IMG/VR virus record: IMGVR_UViG_3300029915_001170
Coordinates: 1-64,000 of that record
Direction: 5' to 3' (one strand)
Length of the DNA: 64,000 bases
Origin: a virus
Lineage: Duplodnaviria; Caudoviricetes
The notes below the pieces were generated by a model. It searched no databases and was not told where the DNA came from. It was given only the letters and a program-made list of their open reading frames with translations. Shown piece after piece: positions 19,062-26,800 of this stretch. The number at the start of each line of letters is the position of its first letter. Positions within the stretch are counted from its first letter, which is position 1. Position numbers and translations under genes: made by a program.

Positions 19062-19560
19062 ATGCCGGTAATTCCTTTCTTCCTGACTTAATTTCGTGCC
19101 ATTCACGTTCATCGGTACAAATGTATACATCGGTTTCATTCCGATAGATAAATGGCGGCCAGTTAATATTTAACAAAACATCTACGCATCTACTGCAAAG
19201 ATTATATTTTTCACCTGGCCAATAGGGATGAATTGCGATATCATCTGTGATTCTTTTGCAACGATTACATTGCCCACCGGTAGCTAGTGAAACTTTGCAG
19301 CATAATTCGGGTCCCTCGATGAGATCAACCTTAGCAACCTTAAACATTTCGGGTAAAGATGTGTAATATTCAAGTAATTTAGCTAGTTCGGTTATTGATC
19401 CAAAAATTTCAATACTAGCTAACTCTGATTTTCCGAAAAGGCCGGCAGATCTACAGGTTTCGAGTTCTTTGTTGACAATGGGGTTAACAACTTCAATGAT
19501 CCAAGTCAATGAAGGAAATACTTCGGATGAAGAAAATAATTTTTTAACTTTTTCAGTCAT
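19036..19560 (-). CDS. Stand-alone C-terminal region of type 1 isoleucyl-tRNA synthetase (zf-FPG_IleRS-type zinc finger)
   Basis: VNKELETCRSAGLFGKSELA...LPEMFKVAKV...ATGGQCNRC...LCSRCVDVL; no catalytic domain. Confidence 0.75.
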   Translation of the reverse strand: MTEKVKKLFSSSEVFPSLTWIIEVVNPIVNKELETCRSAGLFGKSELASIEIFGSITELAKLLEYYTSLPEMFKVAKVDLIEGPELCCKVSLATGGQCNRCKRITDDIAIHPYWPGEKYNLCSRCVDVLLNINWPPFIYRNETDVYICTDEREWHEIKSGRKELPAYDNLSSEK

Positions 19561-19569
19561 ATTGTGCTT

Positions 19570-19902
19570 TTATACTTTCTTTTCAGGATTAATGTTTGAT
19601 GCATTACCGAGTGAGCGCCCGATCGTAGTAAGATCCGTCGTCACGAACCAAAATGCCCACCAAATCGAGGAATGCAGCATACCTAAACCAAACGCAAGTA
19701 AAAAGATAATGGTGAAGTATGGAAATAAGAAGAACGGCATCTTCTTCGTATTTTTAGCAACATAAATTGTATACTGATCGATTAGGAAAAATATAATTAG
19801 ATACCAATATGACAATGAAATAACATTTGCAAATTTCGCAAATAAAAAGAGTTCTCCTAAATACGGAAATGCAAAGCTAAGGTTTTTAAAAATATTTTTC
19901 AA
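19570..19902 (-). CDS. Membrane protein
   Basis: Several hydrophobic segments. Confidence 0.6.
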   Translation of the reverse strand: MKNIFKNLSFAFPYLGELFLFAKFANVISLSYWYLIIFFLIDQYTIYVAKNTKKMPFFLFPYFTIIFLLAFGLGMLHSSIWWAFWFVTTDLTTIGRSLGNASNINPEKKV

Positions 19903-20120
19903 TTTACCCTTTCTAAATGTTCCTCGGTAAAATAAAGAACATGACCTGCGCAGTGGTCCATTTCGATTTCATAGCAACCGTCTTCTGCGTAATAATTAGT
20001 AATCGTACCAGGCCCTTCCCCCGGTCCGTCCTTGAATACAAGATTCCCATTATAAAATAATGGTTTATAGTTAATGCAAACACGATCGCCTATTGAAAAC
20101 GTCATAACCATTCCTTTCAA
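19899..20120 (-). CDS. Small SH3-like hypothetical protein
   Basis: FSIGDRV...GTI...YEIEMD pattern. Confidence 0.6.
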   Translation of the reverse strand: MKGMVMTFSIGDRVCINYKPLFYNGNLVFKDGPGEGPGTITNYYAEDGCYEIEMDHCAGHVLYFTEEHLERVN

Positions 20121-20392
20121 TCCATTAATTTTTGTAAAAACAAATGATCTGTATATTTCTTGAGTATCTCTTCAAGTTCCCGAAGAGAGAAAATACTTAT
20201 GTTACCACCGGTCAGAAGTTGCCTACACACCAGTTCAATCACTAACCATTCGCCCGTAATATAATTAATTCCTGGTGGCAAGGTGGTCGGACGGCGGCGA
20301 GTTGGTGCCCAGGTAAGGCAGCCAATTAGCGAGTTTACCAAGGTACCCGCCCGTTCGCGCCGCTCGAATTTCGTGCTCATTGCGTATCTCAT
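20117..20392 (-). CDS. Hypothetical protein, ends LFLQKLMD
   Basis: Coupled ORF. Confidence 0.5.
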   Translation of the reverse strand: MRYAMSTKFERRERAGTLVNSLIGCLTWAPTRRRPTTLPPGINYITGEWLVIELVCRQLLTGGNISIFSLRELEEILKKYTDHLFLQKLMD

Positions 20393-20689
20393 TTAATCTG
20401 CCGGTACCCATCCGATTCCTGGAAGTTGATCCATTTTTCCGTGATCTCCGGCTAACAATCTCCAACTACCATCTTTAATGCGGATAACTTCTCCACCGGC
20501 AATTTCTTCGGCGGGATTTGTAATTTTACGCCATCCGCCGCAAGAACATGTAAAAGGAAAGAGTCGTTTGTTACATGGTGAAATACACCCGCCGACCATA
20601 ATACTTCCCTGCTTTATTAACCTTTGCGCTTCTCCACGCGAACGCGCCAGGTCCAACTCCAATTCCAATATCGCCTTGTCGAGTTTCAC
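20393..20689 (-). CDS. Stand-alone S4 RNA-binding domain (TyrRS C-terminal-like) with a Cys-rich insertion
   Basis: KLDKA...LARSRGEAQRLIKQGSIMVGG...KITNP...G.VIRI. Confidence 0.75.
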   Translation of the reverse strand: MKLDKAILELELDLARSRGEAQRLIKQGSIMVGGCISPCNKRLFPFTCSCGGWRKITNPAEEIAGGEVIRIKDGSWRLLAGDHGKMDQLPGIGWVPAD

Positions 20690-20701
20690 GCCTAGCCCTT
20701 T

Positions 20702-20944
20702 CTAGTCAGTTGGAATCAAATTGTCATCCTCATCGAAGTAGAAGTAACCGTAATACGGCAAATCCGCTTCGGCGTAATAGCGTTCGGTATGTCCATCTCG
20801 GTCAACGCCGTTTTCATCATACCCATAAGAATCGAATCCGTCATCGTCATATAGGGACGAATCATGGCCATAAAAAGTTTGCTCATATACCCTATTGTCG
20901 GGGTAGACGCATCGAATTGTCGGCGAATATTTTCCTACGCTCAT
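20702..20944 (-). CDS. Small acidic protein with (Y/F)D.DG repeats
   Basis: YDDDGFDSYGYDENGVDRDG; AAGGAGG RBS. Confidence 0.7.
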   Translation of the reverse strand: MSVGKYSPTIRCVYPDNRVYEQTFYGHDSSLYDDDGFDSYGYDENGVDRDGHTERYYAEADLPYYGYFYFDEDDNLIPTD

Positions 20945-20955
20945 AATATACCTCC

Positions 20956-21123
20956 TTATTGAATAACCAATTTCGTACCGTCTTCCATCACCAAAATAGC
21001 CGGTGGGTAACGATTACCAGCACGAAGACCTCGCAGTTCCATGAGCAAATTGGAGATCTCCAATCCTTCCGGATCCATATTCTTACGGAATTTGATAATC
21101 AGCTCGTTCAATCTGGTGTTCAT
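20956..21123 (-). CDS. Small hypothetical protein (start MNTRLNE)
   Basis: AAGGA RBS and promoter upstream. Confidence 0.6.
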   Translation of the reverse strand: MNTRLNELIIKFRKNMDPEGLEISNLLMELRGLRAGNRYPPAILVMEDGTKLVIQ

Positions 21124-21141
21124 ATTTTCCTTACTGTGATA

Positions 21142-21170
21142 AGTATAGCAAAATATGGCATACTTGTCAA
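21142..21170 (-). promoter_or_regulatory. Sigma70-type promoter with extended -10
   Basis: TTGACA-17-TATACT, with TGc before the -10. Confidence 0.8.
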
Positions 21171-21315
21171 CCGTATTGATTTTAAAGGGGTTATCGGCCA
21201 AAGGGATCCTAAAAATTAGGATCCCTTTGTATAATGGAGGCCGAGACCGAAATTGCATCGGTGTAAATGTGCTTTGCAGGCACACGCATAACTACTCTGC
21301 CACCCGGCCATTAAA

Positions 21316-22137
21316 TTATTTGCATTGCGCTTTCTTCGCTTTTTCGAAGGTGCCCAGATCAACTGGCCACAAAATCGTCGATTCTTTATAGTCAACAGGA
21401 AGTGGAAAATTAACATCGGCTTCGTCAGAAATATTATGCACAGTAGAAGTAACCGTTGTTAGGTCATTTCCATCAATTCCTGCCGCAGGAAAAATAAAGG
21501 GTAATACCTCATGTGTTTGCAGATCAACTACGATTTTATAAAAAGCATACGGAACATCTACCTGATCAATGCCAATTTTTTTATCAACATTTGTATGATA
21601 TAATGGACCAGCATAAATTAATAATGCATGATTTCGTTCATATGCCCAGGCTCGAACATCAGATTCAAGTAATTTCCAGGAGCCACGATTCAATTTTGCA
21701 GTTTGCGGTGTCATGTTTGTAAGAATAAAAGATTCCTGTTCAACCTTGGCATTCCACGACATATCTCCGTTATTCGCAATATGCCCTGTATCATACCCGG
21801 ATCCGGCATAATCTTTTGGGTCGGCTCTTTTATTGCTCGGCAGCGATTGGTCTGCGGCAAATGAATTTGATCGAGGCACGCAACCAATAGATCGACTCGG
21901 TGTTAATACATATGACACCCAAACCGGAATCTTAGCAATTGTATCCGATTCTAAGATATACGCATCTCGGCAAATCACTGTTCCATCTGGTTTATCCGGT
22001 AAATTAGGTTTAATATGACTCGGTTGCCCAAATGGAACAAATTGCGTGCATTGATTGGTAGATAACGGCCTTGGTTGTTGCCCATAAACTGAAATCGTCA
22101 TTACACTGCATAAGATTAAAAATATAGATTTTATCAT
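21316..22137 (-). CDS. Secreted DNA/RNA non-specific endonuclease (NucA/EndoG family)
   Basis: Signal peptide; DYAGSGYDTGHIA, ESFILTNMTPQ...LNRGSWKLLE, VPYAFYKIV. Confidence 0.9.
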   Translation of the reverse strand: MIKSIFLILCSVMTISVYGQQPRPLSTNQCTQFVPFGQPSHIKPNLPDKPDGTVICRDAYILESDTIAKIPVWVSYVLTPSRSIGCVPRSNSFAADQSLPSNKRADPKDYAGSGYDTGHIANNGDMSWNAKVEQESFILTNMTPQTAKLNRGSWKLLESDVRAWAYERNHALLIYAGPLYHTNVDKKIGIDQVDVPYAFYKIVVDLQTHEVLPFIFPAAGIDGNDLTTVTSTVHNISDEADVNFPLPVDYKESTILWPVDLGTFEKAKKAQCK

Positions 22138-22170
22138 TTAAATTGGTAGCACTCCAGATTTCTTCGAAAT

Positions 22171-22356
22171 TCATGCTTTATGACAAGAACCGCTTTTCCA
22201 ACGGTCATCGTCTTTGCTAAGTTTACTCACAGAATTTTTATTCCCGTGAACTTTAATAAACAATTCTTTTGCATCGCAACAAGGATTTTCATGCCGAATC
22301 AATCCGGGAAAATAGTGGCAAGCGCACTCGCAGGGTTGTTCTCGATTTTCAATCAT
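22171..22356 (-). CDS. Small Cys/His-rich protein
   Basis: CECACH...HENPCC; AAGGAG RBS. Confidence 0.55.
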   Translation of the reverse strand: MIENREQPCECACHYFPGLIRHENPCCDAKELFIKVHGNKNSVSKLSKDDDRWKSGSCHKA

Positions 22357-22378
22357 ATATTTGCTCCTTGTGGTGAAA

Positions 22379-22468
22379 TGGCGGAGTAGGAGAGATTTGA
22401 ACTCCCGATACCGTTTCCGGCATAATAGTTTTCGAAACTATCGGCTTAAGCCACTCGCCCACTACTCC
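22379..22468 (-). tRNA. tRNA-Ser(CGA), CCA encoded
   Basis: GGAGTAG/CTACTCC acceptor, ATAGT-TTCGAAA-ACTAT anticodon arm, long V arm, TTCAAAT T-loop, G73. Confidence 0.92.
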
Positions 22469-22481
22469 AAATTTTTAAAAC

Positions 22482-22571
22482 TGGCGGAAGGTAAGAGATT
22501 CGAACTCTTACTACCTGTTAAGGTAGATGGATTAGCAATCCATTGCAACGCTCCAACTTTGCCGACCTTCC
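22482..22571 (-). tRNA. tRNA-Ser(GCT), CCA encoded
   Basis: GGAAGGT/ACCTTCC acceptor, ATGGA-TTGCTAA-TCCAT anticodon arm, long V arm, TTCGAAT T-loop. Confidence 0.92.
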
Positions 22572-22582
22572 AATTCCTGTCA

Positions 22583-22786
22583 CTAGTTAAAAATACGTTG
22601 CCCCAATTTCAAATATGGCCCAGAATTTTTCAATCCATCAAAAAGATAAGTTCGGTCCTTATGAAATTGTGCCAACTCGTATTCGCGCATGTCGGCAAAA
22701 TTCTTTTCGCATTCGTGATGCCATTTTGCAAGATGGTCGATTTCTTCTCGGGTAATACCGATATCTAGTGTATTATTTTCTGACAT
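22583..22786 (-). CDS. Hypothetical protein
   Basis: AAGGA RBS. Confidence 0.55.
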   Translation of the reverse strand: MSENNTLDIGITREEIDHLAKWHHECEKNFADMREYELAQFHKDRTYLFDGLKNSGPYLKLGQRIFN

Positions 22787-22794
22787 ACAATCCT

Positions 22795-23079
22795 TTACTT
22801 GCGAACCTTATTACGCTCTCGATCGTAAACATCTACGCTGGTCGGTTCAATTTCATTCGTATGAATTAAAGTCAAGGCCCCACCAACATCATGACACTTT
22901 CTCCGAATCAACTCATTGTTAGATGCAACCTTGGCAAAAGATAAAAGATTTTTTTCCGATGTTAAAATTCGAAGTTCATTTTGAATGTCAGTGATTCTAT
23001 CATTTATCTGATCAATTCGAATTGATTGTGTAATTCCTAGAGCACAAAGATCGATAAGTGCCATATTTTCTAAATTCAT
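22795..23079 (-). CDS. Hypothetical coiled-coil protein
   Basis: 94-aa ORF downstream of the tRNA(CCA). Confidence 0.55.
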   Translation of the reverse strand: MNLENMALIDLCALGITQSIRIDQINDRITDIQNELRILTSEKNLLSFAKVASNNELIRRKCHDVGGALTLIHTNEIEPTSVDVYDRERNKVRK

Positions 23080-23145
23080 TTTTTCTTCTTTCTAGTACTG
23101 AATTCGTCCTTTACTTAATTTGAAAACCCAGATACCTTAAAAATT

Positions 23146-23237
23146 TGGCAGGAAATAAGGGACTCGAACCCTTGATGTTAAGTTTTCACTTATAGTGGGT
23201 TTGGAGTCCACTGCTGTCGCCACTGAGCCAATTTCCT
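23146..23237 (-). tRNA. tRNA with CCA anticodon (Trp) and an atypical 21-nt variable arm
   Basis: AGGAAAT/ATTTCCT-G-CCA acceptor; GTGGA-CTCCAAA-CCCAC anticodon arm; V region TATAAGTGAAAACTTAACATC; AAGGG-TTCGAGT-CCCTT T arm. Confidence 0.88.
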
Positions 23238-23239
23238 GT

Positions 23240-23279
23240 AAAGAAAATGTCCTGGATTATTAATAATCCAGGACATTTT
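23240..23279 (-). terminator. Attenuator terminator immediately upstream of the tRNA(CCA)
   Basis: 36-bp palindrome AAAATGTCCTGGATTATT/AATAATCCAGGACATTTT followed by CTTT on the minus strand. Confidence 0.8.
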
Positions 23280-23299
23280 GAAATTCAATACGAATTTCG

Positions 23300-23377
23300 T
23301 TATCTACCTGGATCCGTTGAAGAACAAGACCACCAACTGAATAGTGAACTCAACGAATTTGCTAAAACTTTTTTCAT
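23300..23377 (-). CDS. Trp attenuator leader peptide MKKVLANSLSSLFSWWSCSSTDPGR
   Basis: Translated by hand; TGG TGG at 23335-23330; purine-rich AAAGAAGG just upstream; not in the ORF track. Confidence 0.75.
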   Translation of the reverse strand: MKKVLANSLSSLFSWWSCSSTDPGR

Positions 23378-23463
23378 ACCTTCTTTATAAGTCTACAACT
23401 GGTTGTCCAATATAATCATTATGTTTTTACAACTGATTGTTTTCTTTACCAATCACTACATTA

Positions 23464-23492
23464 ATAGTACATTTTTATTTATGCCGTGTCAA
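23464..23492 (-). promoter_or_regulatory. Sigma70-type promoter for the leader/tRNA transcript, with CATAAATA in its spacer
   Basis: TTGACA-17-TACTAT. Confidence 0.75.
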
Positions 23493-23559
23493 GAGAAAAA
23501 TTAAGTATTTTTGAAAATTTTTCTTTAAACCTCAGCAACAAATATAGTTTAGCATATAC

Positions 23560-23817
23560 CTATTTAGAATGCAAGATTAATCTATCATTTAAATCGATTC
23601 GAGTACCGTGTGTTACAATGGCCAGCGCGGAGTTGATTGCCGAAACAGTTGCAGTAGATGTGAGACTTGCACAGTTAGTGGTGCGAGCGGGAATGCCACC
23701 CACGCCCGAGTTCGACCAGTTGATTGCCTGGCTGGAGTTGAGAATAGGCGACCACAACTGAGCGTAGCCCATGCATGGAAGAATTACGAACAATAAGGCT
23801 ACGAAAATCCGCTTCAT
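23560..23817 (-). pseudogene. Truncated paralogue of the 1090-4605 gene; homology breaks at about 23620
   Basis: MKRIFVALLFVILPCMGYAQLWS..INWSNSGV-GGIP...SAINSALA vs MKRFLIALVFMLLPCVVHAQAWS..VDWSVAGIPGGIP...SAINTALA. Confidence 0.75.
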
Positions 23818-23898
23818 ACTTTCACCTTTTGCGTCACTCCATACATGTGCCGCCGTTCTCTTGCTGCTCAGGCACCGCAGTGCATACAGTATAGTTGC

Positions 23899-26800
23899 CT
23901 AGAACACCGTTACGTTGTAGGCCAGACTTGGCGGCGTTCCGGTCCCGCAGACATAGACCGTCACTGTATTTGTTGCCGTCACTGATGCCCGAAGATTAAA
24001 CGCTCCTCCCACATCAGCGCCCGTTGTGCTGCTAACTACTACTGGATGCCCGACCACTGCACCCGTCACGCTTGCCGTGCCTGAATCGCAGGTTGCCGTT
24101 AGAGCCGTTCCGGTGATCGTGCCCGTCGTGCCAGAAAGCGCAAGCTGCACATACCCCGCCGCTGGACCCTGATAGCCGAGAGCCGTCGAAGGGATTACGG
24201 TAACCGCGCCCCGTACTTGGTATGATCCTTTAATGTCGAGGTTGCCATATGGATCTAAGATCAAGTCGTTGAAGCTGTTAGTGGGATCATGCACTAATAG
24301 ACTGTATGCAGCACCCACTCCTGAGCCAATAGACAAACTCGTCGCCGCAGGAGAATTTAGGCTTGGAGCAACAAGACCGCCGCCTATACTTGTACTAACA
24401 GACCCGGTCCCGCACAGAACCTGGCTTGCATTATTTTGAATTCCGATGTTTATTGAATACATGCCGGAATTGAAATTGCATGTTCCGGAGGTATCATTTC
24501 CAACTACACTCGCGGTGTTCACATTGATAAGGTCTACTCCATTGACAGAGGAAGGGGCGTTGATATAATTTCCAGAGACGGTAATCTGGGCTGCGGCCTG
24601 TCCATTTGTACCGGCTTGGATGTTTACCGTTCCAAGACTTGCTTCAAAGAAGTTTTGGGATACATCCGTATTAACGCTGGCCCCCAAGAAGATGTGACCG
24701 CTGAGTGTAGCTGCGGTGCCATTGCCCTCGAACGCGATTCCTCCATCGTAAGTGTTGGAAAAGGTCGATCCGGTTGCCGTATTGTCAGCATAATCGTCGA
24801 AGATTCCCCAGAGTGAATTGGCTTCAATCGTTCCACCGCTGATGTGGATTGCGTTTGATGCCGTCCCGGTGGGGGTGTAACCGACTTCCCACACGCCATA
24901 TTTGTTGCCGTAAGAGTTCAGATTCAAGACGGTTGACACTCCCGATCCGTGGAAGTAGACACCCGCACCGCCGGGGAAATTCTTGGTTGTGACGTTAGTT
25001 AGGTTTGACCCGTAGAATCCCCGCAGCTCAATCCCATTAGAACCGCTTGTCGATGATATTCCGTCAATCACGCAATTAGTTACGGTGAATCCTAAGTCTT
25101 GCAATATAGCGTTCCCGGTTGCCAGAATCGCAGAGCCGCTTCCTTGCCAATTCAGGACCGTACCGGGATCGCAAACTAATGCGTACTTTTCATTGCTGGC
25201 AGTGAGAGCAAACGCAGCTTGTGTTGTGAAGACATAAGTCCCAAGGGGAACGGACACAGTTCCGCCGCTGGGCAATCCAGCTACGGAGGTATTGATTTTC
25301 GCGCCTATATCTGCGCCGGTTTGCAGAGCCGCATTCACTACTCCGTTCACAGCGCCAGCCGCGACGGTGCCTGAGAACATCGCATTTCCTGAATCGTCAA
25401 TCTTCCACATATAAGCACTGTTGCTGCTGTTCGCTCCATATACTTCTGCTCGCGTGTCATTGGCGGCAGGAACAATAGCGATAGCAGTCTGTGTGAGGCT
25501 AGGATACAAAGTAAGTGCATTAGCCTGTAAAGTATAGAAATTAAACGCATCGCTCGAATAATTCTGAATATAATCTGCCCCGAGCGTATCTATGCTTGTT
25601 CCATTTAATAGTCCTTGTACCCAGTTCACGTTTACTCTTCCGGAAACCGAACTTGACGGCACATACCAGGAATATGCCGAATCGTAAATATTGAAATTGA
25701 ACGTGTTGGCATCAATATTCGCAGTAGCGGTCGTAGTTGTTGTGGCAGATATTCCAATAGATGAAGGGGTTCCATTTCCTTCAAAAAACCCCTCAAATGT
25801 ATTCGCCTCGATTTGTTTTCCTGCATTTAAAAGAGTGATCCCAGTGGCGGGAATTGAGGTAGATACGGCAAGAAAAGTCAGGCCCTTAAACTCATTTGCG
25901 TTAATCCAACCACCATTCGAGGTTGAAAGAACCAATGGCCGCAAAACGCCGTTAGTGTACATTCCATTGACATGGGTATACGCCGCGCCATAGTTCAAAG
26001 TTGGGCAGTTAATAAGTAGTCCTATTCCTGGCGCTGAAGTTGCTCCATCAATAGATAAATTATCAATTTCAGGCCCTATAATTGGCCCCCCGGTGGTGCA
26101 GGTAAAACTTACCGCACTTCCAGAATACGTGATTGGATAATTCCCCAGCCCAACATGAAGTCCTTTGAGAATACTCCCTCCCACTACATGCACCACGTCT
26201 GATGACACTGCTGCGGGAATAATTGTCGTTGCATCCGAGAAATCAAGCTCTTGGCCAGCAGTTAGGGAAATCGTCCCGGCAAGAACCTGCGTAGTAGTTC
26301 CAAGGCAACTTGCATCTACCTTACCCAGAGACAATGGGAGTGATGCAAAGGCATTCGCTATTTTCACATCGGCAGTCGAGCCTGAAAAATAACAGGCTGA
26401 CACACCGTTATTGACCAAAGGGGATGTAATCGCAGCGCCCGCCGTGACGGTGCCTGGGAATGTGCAAACTTGCGATGATCCTGTACCAACGCAAGAGATT
26501 CCACTAGGAAGTGATCCTGTTACCCATGCAGTACCATTCCAGTACAGCTGAGTCTGATTGGTAACACTCCAGTAAGTGCCGCCAACAGGATAAGTAAGAA
26601 TTGCTTCCACATTTGCATAACCATACGCTCCAGCGATCGCATTGAAGCGTGGGGCTAGGATGTTTGCATCTACGAGAGTTGAAATATTCTGCGAGACTCC
26701 AGAAATAGGTGTTGTTGTGATACCGCATTTTGACTGCGCTAACGGACACACAGTGAACTGCCACTGGCTTCCTACAGGAGTTATTTTGCTGTTATCATAG

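Noticed and set aside
23244-23279. Perfect 36-bp palindrome as a protelomerase/telomere site
   Set aside because: No protelomerase in the window; its position, U tail and complementarity to the leader fit an attenuator terminator better
4672-23500. TAG stop-codon recoding in the large-phage segment
   Set aside because: Known genes are intact in code 11; KLSE paralogues end at the same residue with either TAG or TAA; no suppressor tRNA seen
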